In this document: in pieces, positions 26,354 through 38,051 of the stretch
How the letters are laid out: every line of letters begins with the position of its first letter
How positions within the stretch are numbered: position 1 is the stretch's first letter
DNA from: Octopus vulgaris
Taxonomy: Eukaryota
Direction: 5' to 3'
NCBI GenBank assembly: GCA_951406725.2
Contig: OX597816.1
Location: 15,748,001-15,812,000 of the forward strand
DNA: 64,000 nt
Program-made: the position numbers and the translations under genes
The notes under the pieces: generated by a model
Told to the model about the DNA's origin: nothing
What the model saw: only the letters and a program-made list of their open reading frames with translations
Databases searched by the model: none

Positions 26354-26503
26354 TCATCATCATCATTTAGCATCCGCTTTCCATGCTAGCATGGGTTGGA
26401 CGATTTGACCGAGGTCTGGCGAACCAGACTCCAATCTGATCTGGTTCGCCAGACCTCAGTCAAATCATCCAACCCATGGAAAGCAGATGCTAAATGATGA
26501 TGA
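26354..26503. repeat. Hairpin of two inverted RTE 3' ends
   Basis: Arms 26354-26428 and 26440-26503; 11-nt loop. Confidence 0.9.
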
Positions 26504-27216
26504 CAATGATTATATATATGTGAAATAAGGAATTGTAAAAGAATAAGAGCTGAAATGGTTCTTATAAATTATAACAACATACGTAACAGTTACAACAGAA
26601 ATAAGTTCTCAAAGATAAAGTTAGGGTATGAAAATTATCTTATCAAAAATGGATCTAGAGACATATGGCTTCTGGCTGCAATAAAACAAAATTCCCAAGA
26701 AAGTTGAATTCCAAAATTTTTATTAGCCACCCACAAAAAGTTCTAGAATGTTCAATGAAAGCCTTTAGGCATGAAAATTTAACTTTACTGTATTTTTAAT
26801 CTAACTTCCTATCAAAAATTGATACTACAGATGCTCGACTGCATATTGCTATATATAGTATTATCACTACTTATCAGCAGTTTCGGTTTTTGAATTTAAA
26901 CATTCTTGGGTCAAATTCAAAGGAAAGCAATTAATTAAGTGGTAGACTGGCCGACAAATTTAAGTGTTGGACAAAATGCTTTCTGATAATATATGTTCTA
27001 AGTTCAAACACCACTGAAGCGAACCTAATCTTTCATGGGTCCAGGCATGGCTGTACAGTTAAGAAGCTTGCTTCCTGACCATGTGGTCTTGAACTCAGTC
27101 CCATTGCCTGGTATCTTGGGCAAGTGTTGTTTTCTATAGTGCTGGGCTAACAAAAGACTTGTGGGTGAATTTGGTAGATGGAAACTGAATGAAGCCTGTT
27201 GTGTATATATATATAG

Positions 27217-27389
27217 TTTATAATTAGGGTTCAGCAAAGATTTGCTTTACCACATACCGAAGTTTAGAAATAGCAGTCAAAAAACCTTAGCTCCTTTTTA
27301 AAGTAGAAGAAATAGCTAAGGTTTTTTGACTGCTATTTCTAAACTTCGGTATGTGGTAAAGCAAATCTTTGCTGAACCCTAATTATAAA
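27217..27389. repeat. Perfect 76-bp inverted repeat with 21-nt spacer
   Basis: 27217-27292 is the exact reverse complement of 27314-27389. Confidence 0.95.
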
Positions 27390-27487
27390 GTATTACTTAA
27401 GTTTACCGTGAAATGGTCTTTTTTCATGCCGAATTCTACTTGGTGAAATTATTGATTACTTCTTAATTAATTAATTTTACCCTTTGT

Positions 27488-27548
<61 letters not shown>

Positions 27549-27827
27549 CATGCAAGTTTGTGTATACCTTTGTCTTGGCATCAAATGACAGCTTAAAGAA
27601 GCATTACCATCATACAAGTGATGTTCATTTCCAGTTTTCAATGAAAAACACACCTGGCCATTGGAAATATTACCTTACTTGGAAATAGATGAGGGCTGCC
27701 AAAAAAAGGCATCCAGCCATAGAAAATCTACCTCAACAAATTCCAACTGTTCCTTGCAAGCATGGAAAAGTAGGCATTAAATGATGATGCTATATGCTAT
27801 ACAACTGATTATCCTGTTCACCTCAAC

Positions 27828-28078
27828 AAGTGGTTCTAAAGGGGCAGGGGTTCATACGATCCATGGGGGGGTGCATATGATCATTGGGGGTTCATGCAAG
27901 ATTTTGTTGTTAAAAACTATGTGCAATAAATTTACAATACACAAAATATTTTAACGATTTTTTAATAAAATTCCTAAGAATATTTAATTATAAAAATATA
28001 ATAGGATGTTTTAAAACATGGAATGACTAACATAGGAATCAAAAGGGTTCATAGGTAAAAATTGGTTGAGAACTACTG
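27828..28078. mobile_element. hAT (Charlie-like) MITE
   Basis: aAGTGGTTCT...GTTGAGAACTACTG termini; degenerate 8-bp TSD acctcaac/acctagac. Confidence 0.65.
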
Positions 28079-29091
28079 ACCTAGACATTGCCACTACATC
28101 ATAGAGTGTGATGATGATGACAGTAGCTCTTTGACTAGACAAGGTTAAATTTTCTACAGAAGTATAAGTAGTTGCAATATGCTGGATTACAGTATACTAC
28201 TATTGCTGCTACTAATTTTATTGACACTGCAAAGATATATGTAAAGTTCAGTAGACCTAATAAGATTTGAACTCCTAATTTAGTCATTTAAATGATTGGC
28301 TAGAACCATCTGTAGGTGTTCATGGGCCCAAATGCTGTACTGAGTGGGTTCCCTCACTTGGTCTCATTACAGGCACAAGGCCTCAAAATGTTTAGGGGAT
28401 TTGGGGCATAAAAATGTATTCCAAAATGTTGGTCTCATTACAGGCACAAGGCCAGACTATGTGTTCACATATATCTCCCACTTCCTAAGGAATTCAAGAG
28501 CCCTGGGGCTTCCTGAGCCCTAGTATTTAAGACAGGTATCTGTAGTACCTACTTTGAGACAGAACCAGAGGGAGAGAGCATATAGTCTGGTTCTCAACAA
28601 TTTTTGCCAAATCACAGTTTATAAGCAACAAGGAGCTGATTGATATGGTTTGTAATATATGCCTACAGTAATTCTTCATTTAAAAGGCTTAATTCCAGAC
28701 TTTGATCCTTATTGCAAAAAGGAGCACAGGGGTTTATCAACCCTTCTGAGTCATGATAGTTTTCCTGGTGATATTTTCGGCTTAGCATAAATGGCACCCT
28801 AGATATTCCAAGTTATCACAGATCTGTTGTTTGTTAGTCTTGTGCAATTTTCTGCCACCTGTCCTAAGAATTACTGCATTCACTGTTTGACTAGTCTAGA
28901 TACAACAACAACAAATTGGCACAAGCAACAACAACCACTACATTAATAAAACGATGTCTGAATATTGCCTTTATAAATTGATGTCTGCATTGGAATCATT
29001 CAGGAAATATTTTTTTTTCATAAGCTGGTATCTTGTTTCTGTTATAGCTAAAAAAAAAATGTTTTTACAATAATTTTTATTTTCATTTCAG

Positions 29092-29190
29092 GAAACATTA
29101 AGCTGTCCAATGAAGATTCTCCAGGTGATAAAGAAAATGTTCCAGCAGCCCATATGATGGGAAGTATAAAATCTAATGTGCCGTCAAGAG
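29092..29190 (+). CDS. Internal coding exon of TNF-superfamily ligand (TRAIL/TNFSF10-like): stalk end plus THD strand A
   Basis: Strong acceptor ttttattttcatttcag| and donor AGAG|gttggt; 99 nt, phase 1-1, open frame NIKLSNEDSPGDKENVPAAHMMGSIKSNVPSR. PAAHxxG is the TNF-family strand A motif. Joins in frame to the 49714 exon. Confidence 0.88.
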
Positions 29191-30011
29191 GTTGGTAGTT
29201 TGGCATTTCTTATTTGTTTTTTTGTCTTCTCCATCTCATCTCGCTCTCTATATATATCTCTTTCTATATAAATATATCTCTCTCTGATTATATTTATTCT
29301 ATCTTATTTGCTTATTTTACTATTTTCTGTTTGAGAAGAATTTTAGCTGCACCTGTATAGATATCTAAAATTTTGTAAGATATCTCTGAATATTACACAC
29401 ACACACACACATACATACACACACACAGATATGCATACATGCACGCAAAGGGTAGACACACAGGCAGACATATGAACAGGCATGTAGACATAGTCAAAAT
29501 GCTCAAATTCAAGACATTTTTATCTCTTATGTGCTTATTATTGAACAGAAGTTGTTTTGTATCTGACTAGCATAGATATAACTTTATATTGAATTTCAGA
29601 TTTTGTTTTATTTTGGTACTTTCCTAAGAATTAAGTCTTAGAAATCATTCTATTTCTTATATTCATATCTCAAAATTTGAATCTAACTCACACCAACAAT
29701 TTCCTCAATTGACTGCAATCTCAGAGGCAGCTGTTTGCTTTTCTCTTTTCGAGATTAAATTCTCAGACTACGATGGCGTTTCTTTATTTTTTATAATACT
29801 CTTCTTCCTTTTATTCCTCTTTGAGAAATAGGTGAATGTTGGTATCAAGATAATCCCATTAGAATTTCTTAATCTTTAACAGTTTTTAACAGTCTTAGTT
29901 CTTGCTTAATCCAGGTTCTTAGTCTTTCATTCTATTCAGAAACAGTTCTATATTCTTTCAATTCATCTTGGCTTTTATACAAATTATCTTTAAAGGCATA
30001 AAAATTATAGA

Positions 30012-30112
30012 TATTATTATCATTATTATTATTATTATCATAATTGTTATTATTATTATCATTATTGTTATTATTATTATCATTATTGTTATTATTATTA
30101 TTATCATTGTTA
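30012..30112. repeat. (ATT)n-type microsatellite
   Basis: Directly visible. Confidence 0.9.
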
Positions 30113-31479
30113 TTTTATTCAATCTTATTTTAATTCTTCAAATTTATATAAGTGATCCTTGAAAATGTCAGTTAGACCATATTTTAAATCCGTAAATCAA
30201 TGCAAGTCAAAGAAGAGATGCGTAGCGGCTAGAGTGTATTCTACAGAGGCTGCAGAAAATTCCAAAGACATTTAGTCATCAAGATATCAAAGTTTTAATG
30301 ATAAATGTTCCACAGATGTTGTTGTTGTTGTTGCGTAACAGTCGTAATAGCAGTAGTGGAATCTGATTGAAGTGACTAACAAAATTAATGATTAATGGTA
30401 ACCAATACACTCAAAGCACCATATAACAACAAGACAATGAGGGATTGTATACATGACTGCTCAACCTGCTAGAAATAACAGCCACATATTTCTCAAATTA
30501 CAATCTTTTTTTTACTAGTTTCAGAGTGTGGCCATGCTGGAGCACAGCCTGGAAGAATTTTTAGTTGAATGAATCAACCCCAGTACTTAGTTTTTTAAGC
30601 CTGAAATTTATTCTGTCAGTCTCTTTTGCTGAACTGTTAAGTTATTGAGACACCATAGTTATATAAGTTAAGCTATAGGGGCATTGTTAAGTTATATAAG
30701 CACACCAACACCAGTTCTCAAGTGGTGGTGGGGCGCGCACACACACACATAATGGGCTTCTTCCAGTTTCTGGCTATCGAATCCACTTACAAGCCTTTGA
30801 TCAGCACAAGGCTATAGAAGATACTTGTACCACAATGGGACTGAACCCAGAACCATGTGGTTGGGAAGCAAACTTCTTACCACACAGTCATGCCAGTACC
30901 AATTTTTTTTATTCATTGGATAGTGTAATCCAAGATAGACATAGAAGGTAGAATGTTCATGCCTGGAATGCCTTTCATCATTAGTTTGTTCTTTCAAGAC
31001 TGACAAGGGTTATACAATGGCAGCAACACACCAAATTTAATCTAGTTTCATTGGAGACTTTTGGATGACCCTCATTATCATGTGATTGACCAGACTATCA
31101 GATGTTATTACATCATTGGTCACTTTGCATTGTTTTAACTTTCAAACAATGCCACTCCACTGACTAAGGGAGCGGGGCAACATTCCTCCCAATCGGAAGA
31201 CTAGTCCACTGCAGTGTGGTCCATTTACAGTCGAGTGGACTGGATCAACATGAAATGAAGTGTTTTTCTCAAGAACACAACCTACCACTCAGTTCAAGAA
31301 CCAACCCCATGATCTGACGATCATGAGCACAACAACACCCTAAACACAAGGTCTTGTACCTTCTTGTTATAATGGGTTTCAATCAGCCTTATTGTTCTGT
31401 TGGCCCTTCATAAATATTATGGATCTAGCCTCTCACACCTAGCCTACATTGTCATTCTAAAACTAAAATCTCAAAGCTT

Positions 31480-31731
31480 CTCAAATTAATGCATGATTAA
31501 TTCAAGCAATGTTAATCAATATGCATCATCATCATCATCATCGTCGTTTAACGTCCGCTTTCCATGCTAGCATGGGTTGGACGGTTCAACTGGGGTCTGG
31601 GGAGCCCGAAGGCTGCACCCCAGACCCCAGTTGAACCGTCCAACCCATGCTAGCATGGAAAGCGGACGTTAAACGACGATGATGATGCATATTGATTAAC
31701 ATTGCTTGAATTAATCACGCATTAATTTGAG
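31480..31731. repeat. Foldback inverted duplication of an RTE 3' end plus ~45 bp of flanking MITE
   Basis: Arms 31480-31602 and 31618-31731; 15-nt loop; nearly identical except (CAT)n length and one substitution. Confidence 0.93.
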
Positions 31732-31825
31732 TAACTTTAGAATAAATAAACTGAATACTAACGAATTAGATCCAACCATTATATCTAAGGTGAGGGTCTC
31801 TTTACAGTCACTTGATACACTATGT

Positions 31826-31995
31826 AGAAGTGGCTGTGTGGTAAGTAGCTTGCTTACCAACCACATGGTTCTGGGTTCAGTCCCACTGCGTGGCACCTTG
31901 GGCGAGGGTCTTCTACTATAGCCTCGGGCCGACCAAAGCCTTGTGAGTGGATTTGGTAGACGGAAACTGAAAGAAGCCAGTCATATATATGTATG

Positions 31996-32040
<45 letters not shown>

Positions 32041-32255
32041 ATAAGTATGTTTGTGCGTCTGTGTTTGTCCCCCAACATTGCTTGACAACCGATGCTGGTG
32101 TGTTTATGTCCCCGTAACTTAGTGGTTTGGCAAAAGAGACCGATAGAATAAGTACTAGGCTTACAAAGAATAAGTCCCGGGGTCGATTTGTTCGACCAAA
32201 GGCGGTGCTCCAGCATGGCTGCAGTCAAATGACTGAAACAAGTAAGAATAAGAAT
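31826..32255 (+). mobile_element. SINE family A, full length
   Basis: A and B boxes, ccttgggcga core, internal (TA)n, tail. Confidence 0.9.
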
Positions 32256-32597
32256 ATGTCTAAAAGCAGAAAGAGCGAACACCTTTGGCCAAAAGACAGA
32301 TGAAATACCGCTAAGCATTTGATCTGGTATGCTAATGATTCTGACAGCTTGTTGCCTTCAGAGTCTTCTAATTATTAAGAGTGAGTCCCATTGACAGGGA
32401 ATATAGTTGTGAATGAATTTCTATCATAGCTACAGTAGCAGTATCCATTGCATAGTGCAGTTATACAGTGTATTCCTAGATAAGGCTGAGGTATGGCAGG
32501 CCAGCACACACACACGTGTGTGTATACAAGCACACATCCAAATAATGTTACATAAACTCATTAATATATATATACTCATACATGGTTCACATAGTCA

Positions 32598-32827
32598 CTC
32601 TTTACTCTCTTTTACTTGTTTCACTCATTTGACTGCAGCCATGCTGGAGCACCGCCTTTAATCGAGCAACTTGACCCCGGGACTTATTCTTTGTAAGCCC
32701 AGTACTTATTCTATTGGTCTCTTTTGCCGAACCGCTAAGTGACGGGGACATAAACACACCAGCATCGGTTGTCAAGCAATGCTAGGGGAACAAACACAGA
32801 CACACAAACATACACGCACACACACAC

Positions 32828-32865
<38 letters not shown>

Positions 32866-33014
32866 GACGGGCTTCTTTCAGTTTCCGTCTACCAAATCCA
32901 CTCACAAGGCTCTGGTTGGCCCGAGGCTATAGTAGAAGACACTTGCCCAAGGTGCCACACAGTGGGACTGAACCCGGAACCATGTGGTTGGTAAGCAAGC
33001 TACTTACCACACAG
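32598..33014 (-). mobile_element. SINE family A, full length, inverted relative to 31826 copy
   Basis: Reverse complement match along its length. Confidence 0.9.
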
Positions 33015-33719
33015 TATTTTCATAAATATACATCCACTCACTTATCCAAGCCAAGAAGTTTTCACTTACGCATACACACACACACAAACACACTCATACA
33101 AAGTTGTTCATATGAACTCATGCTCACAGTATCAGAAATGTGTGTGTGTGTGTGTGTCTGTGTGTGAATGTCTGTTTATGCATACACAAGGCAGTCACAC
33201 TTCTCCATATACATTTATACATACACTTCCTCATTCAAGTACATGCACACACACGATAAAAGATAAAAATCACACAACAGCCAAAATACCACTCTCTATC
33301 ACCCTCCCATACATTCTCTGTACATACACACATCTATATCTCCTTGTCCCTAAATGAAGCCAAGCTGAGTATGAATTCGACAGAAGACCGATACATCAAC
33401 TGTTCCATTTCCTTTCAGTTATTCTATAAAAGTTTGGCCAAATTAAGCAGCTGTCTTAAGAAGCAACTAATATATTCACCCAGTAGCGCTCGGCTCACGA
33501 AAACACTATTGACAGTTGAGGTTATTTTGGGGGAATTTTGTTAAAAAAATATTTCTACCAACAGTTTGTTATTTCCTGATCAGAAAATATACTCTGCAAT
33601 ATTTATTTTTATAGAGTCCAACAGCGTAGACTAGCTTGTAAAAATATTGCAAAGATGATTTCTTTATTTTCCACAAGGGCTACATGGATACTAATGCCAC
33701 ATTACAATGCAGTCACTAC

Positions 33720-33768
<49 letters not shown>

Positions 33769-34497
33769 GAAATATCCAACCATGGCTGATGCCAGCACCG
33801 CCTTGACTGGCTTCTGTGCCGGTAGCACATGACCTGCTGTGCTTGTGGAGACCTATTGAGTCAAGTACATCAACATCAAAATAAATATCAAATGGAAATT
33901 GTAGTTGTGATACCTGTGCCAGTGGCACGTAAAAAAGCACCATCCGAACGCGGCCGATGCCATGCAGGTAGCGCAAAAAAAGCACCAACCGATCGTGGCC
34001 GCTACCAGCCTCCCTTGGCACCTGTGCTGGTGGCACGTAAAAAGCACCCACTACACTCACGGAGTAGTTGGCGTTAGGAAGGGCATCCAGCTGTAGAAAC
34101 ACTGCCAGATTATACTGGAGCCTGGTGCAGCCTCCTGGCTTCCCAGACCCCGGTCAAACCATCCAACCCGTGCTAGCACGGAAAATGGACGTTAAACAAT
34201 GATGGTGATAAAGGTACTCAGAAATCTGGATGGTTTTATATTTACAGATTTTTTATTAATATGTCACATATTTTTATAAATCACACATATATATATATAT
34301 ATAACAAAACTACATCTTGTGTGTATCATCCTTTTTCCTATATTTGCTCTGTACATTATGACCAGTAATATTACTATGTACAATAGTAACCACACCACTA
34401 TATTGGAAGCAGACTGGATGCTGATGTTCTTCTAAGAGAAGCTTTGAACTCATCAGTAGCAATTGTATATCTAACTGTGTACACAAGATATACTATG

Positions 34498-34563
34498 CAG
34501 GGGTGGGTAAAAGTAGGTTCCACTCATATTAAGTAACTGTATACCTACCTTTGCCCACCCCTG
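34498..34563. mobile_element. 66-bp Tc1/mariner-type mini-MITE
   Basis: CAGGGGTGGGTAAAAGTAGG...CCTACCTTTGCCCACCCCTG|TA; ~20-bp TIRs with 2 mismatches. Confidence 0.75.
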
Positions 34564-34943
34564 TATACCCCCTCCATTAGTAAATGAAGATGGCAAAGGA
34601 TTATGACCTGTGGCAAAATACTGCACTGGAGAAGTGGAGGTGCATGGCTCAGTGGTTTGGGTGTTGGATTTATCATCATAAGAATGTGGTTTCTTTCCTT
34701 GGGCTGGGTGATGGTGTTGTGTTCCTCAGCAAAACACTTCATTTCATGTAGCTCCAGTCCACTCAGCTGGCAAAAATGAGTAACTCTGCAATGGACCAAA
34801 ATCCTATCCAGGTGTGTAAATTGTATACCATGGAAGCCAGCTCTTATGGGTCTGCATGACTTGAGAAGGAAATGTTACCTACCTAACCTACGCAAGCATG
34901 GCAAAACAGACACGAAAATAAACGCTATGATAGAGATTGGGTT

Positions 34944-35175
34944 ACTAACCCCAAGAATCCGAGTTCGATTCTAGGCAGGGACCTGAATAATAATAAATAA
35001 AAATATCATCTAAAAAATACCTTAGGAATGAGAACCCAGGTTCAAAATTTCCCCAAGGCACCTGATCAAGGCTGGAGGGTATATCAGCCGAAACATTGTG
35101 TTAACAACAAGATGAGGACAAATATTCTTCTAATGTAAATAATGTACAAAATTCCTCATCTCTTAACTACAGAAC
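34944..35175 (+). mobile_element. tRNA-like-headed retroposon with hammerhead-like core and 12-bp TSD
   Basis: TSD agagattgggtt at 34932-34943 and 35176-35187; B box gagttcgattc; CTGATCA-a-ggctg...cagcc-GAAAC at 35062-35094. Confidence 0.65.
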
Positions 35176-35537
35176 AGAGATTGGGTTGTATAATATCTAC
35201 ATTTCGGTGTTTACAAATGATTATGTTCCTGTAAAATCTTTCTGTCATTATTCATCATTCATCATTCACTTTGTCTTTTATTAATGTGTCTCCTCCTCAT
35301 TATCATTATGTCTCTTCTATTATTTCCATCTGTGCAACAAGAGATAGAATTACTTTGAATATGCTGCCCATAATTCAGTCCACTCCTCTTTTCCATTTGC
35401 CATTATTTATTGCTAGCCCTAACAAGCTCTTTTCTATCAAAACCTCCCTTCTTACTCATTGTTGACTCTCACTCTCTTCTCATTTACCCATCTCTCTCTC
35501 TCTCTCTCCTTCTCATGTTTAACTGGTTGGTCTATGT

Positions 35538-36366
35538 CAGTGGTTCTCAATCATTTTTTGCTTTTTTCTTTTACCTATGGATTCCTTTGAATCCTATTTT
35601 GCTCAAGTAAAATAAGATTCATATATGTGCAGGAGTGGCTGTGTGTATGTATATAGATGCAGGAGTGGCTGTCTGGTAAGTAGCTTGCTTACCAACCACA
35701 TGGTTCCAAGTTCAGTCCCACTGCGTGGCACCTTGGGCAACTGTCTTCTACTATAGCCTCAAGCCGACCAAAGCCTTGTGAGTGGATATGGTTAATGGAA
35801 ACTGAAAGAAGCCCATCGTATATGTGTGTTTGTGTGTCTGTTTGTCCCCCCAACATCGTTTGACAACCGATGCTGGTGTGTTTACGTCCCTGTAACTTAG
35901 CGGTTTGGCAAAAGACACCAATAGAATAAGTACTAGGCATACAAAGAATAAGTCCTGGGAACGATTTGCTTGACTAAAAGGCGGTGCTCCAACATGGCTG
36001 TGGTCAAATGACTGAAACAAGTAAAAGAGTAAAGAGAGAGAGAGAGTATGAGACTAACTGTGAACTAGAAACTTATAGTTCTCAATTACTGGTACAAACA
36101 TTTATCCACCAGCATGTATAACACAAACCTTTCATCTGTAGCAAAATCCAACCAAAACTCTGCGAGCGAGATAAAAAGAAAAAGACCCACGTAGCCATTC
36201 AATGTTAAAAAGATATTATTTTATTTTCACAACTAAATATTATTAAGAATTGTATAGAAATAATCATTAAAATATTTTGTATATTTTAGAACTATAACCA
36301 TTACAGATAAATTTTAACAGCAAAATCTTATATGGAAGCCTTATAGACCCTAATTAAGAATCACTG
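35538..36366. mobile_element. hAT MITE with nested SINE A plus 3' extension
   Basis: CAGTGGTTCTCAAT...ATTAAGAATCACTG TIRs; TSD gtctatgt/gtctacat; body similar to 27828-28078. Confidence 0.7.
35659..36166 (+). mobile_element. SINE A with ~120-bp 3' extension
   Basis: Same extension, ending ctctgcgag, follows the SINE at 62148-62695. Confidence 0.85.
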
Positions 36367-36999
36367 GTCTACATCTTAGCAACTTGCTTGTATGCTGACA
36401 GTAAGGAATTATGTTGGTCAAAGATGTTCCAATAACAACCATCCTACCTTATATCAATAGCATAGCTCAAGAAGATCAAAGATTGGGGTTCACCATGAGC
36501 AGCACTTTTGGGTCCTGCTGTGTTAGCTTGTAAATGCTTGGAGGCCTGGGAGAGGGGGCAGGCAAACTCAAAAACTGCCCTGGGTGGGACCTTCTAGCTA
36601 CATCACAGCTTTATGTTCAGACTCAGTTGTATCCGAGACAATATCTAACATAGTGTGTGATTATCTGAAGGAGACTCAACTGCTATTTCTAACATGCCAA
36701 GCAACACCATCAAAGACCCTTATTGCCTCAGAGGCAAAGATGATGATGATGATGATGGTAGGACTACTACTACTGCTGCTGCCGCTTTTGCAGCTGCTAT
36801 GGTTAAATAAATAAAAGAGTGGGTGAGAGTAAAATTATTGTTTGAAAATATTTCTTTTGAAATTTGTATAAATTAGATAATCTAAAATATTAAACTTCCT
36901 TCCAGAAACCTCCAACTAGTGTTTATGGAGTGGAAAGAGAAAACTGTCTTTATCTGCTTTAACACACACACACGTATGAGTGTATATGTGTATATATGC

Positions 37000-37030
<31 letters not shown>

Positions 37031-37328
37031 AATGTGTGTATGTAATGTTTATGTATAATGCATATATGTGACTATACATGTATGTGTATATATGAATATA
37101 TATGTATGTGTACATATGTGTGTATATGCATATATGCCACTATATATTTATGTATATATATACACATAGGCTAAGATATAAATATGTATGTGCATATGTA
37201 TGTGTGTGTGTGCATGTTTATATATATGTGTGTACGCATGTGTGAGTTTACATATACGTGTGTGTGTGTGTGCAAGTTTACATATATGTGTGTATGTGCT
37301 TGTGTGAGTTTACATATATATGTGTATA

Positions 37329-37367
<39 letters not shown>

Positions 37368-38011
37368 GTGTGTGTTTATCATTGCTTAATTACATTTTGT
37401 CAACATTACTAGATTTATTTTCTGGTAAATTGCATAATGTATCTATCTCCATCCCTCCTCCCTCTCTCTCTCTCTCTCTCACACACACACATACAGAGAG
37501 AGAGGGAGAGAAAGTGTGTGTGTGTATGTATGTGTATCATGAAACACTAGCAGTTTTTGATATTAAATATTTCCTTTCAAGTAGTAGGAGAGACAGCAAT
37601 AAATAAAGTTAGTAATAGGCAATCACCTTCAAAATTCTATTATTTTATTTTTCTCTGCTTTTTCCCCACTTCTGTTTCCTTCAGATATAACCAGGAAGGG
37701 TGTGTATATACACATGCACACATATTATATACACATACACAGCTTGAGGTGTGTATAGCTCTAATGTAGACTCTGAAAATCTTTCATGTATCATTTTATT
37801 TCGTAGTTAAGAGTTCCATTATTGCTACAATGGTAATATTAATGTTGTTCAACATCGTTTTTGCTTCTATTTACAAATGTTCTTTTTTGTGTGAGTGTAT
37901 GTATGTATATATGTATGGGTGCGTGTATATGTATGTATTTATATATACATACACACACTCACACAAGTATTTTTGTGAATATATAAATACATATGTACAC
38001 TAAAGTATTTG

Positions 38012-38051
<40 letters not shown>

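Noticed and set aside
28358-28453. Repeat-spacer-repeat resembling CRISPR
   Set aside because: Only two repeats, no cas genes, eukaryotic context.
31826-31890. tRNA-like sequences at SINE heads as tRNA genes
   Set aside because: No complete cloverleaf; they run directly into SINE bodies.
31854-32318. Recurring ORFs ending CHAVGLNPEPCGW or containing LDALPNANHS
   Set aside because: Antisense translations of SINE A and the RTE 3'UTR, not a protein family.
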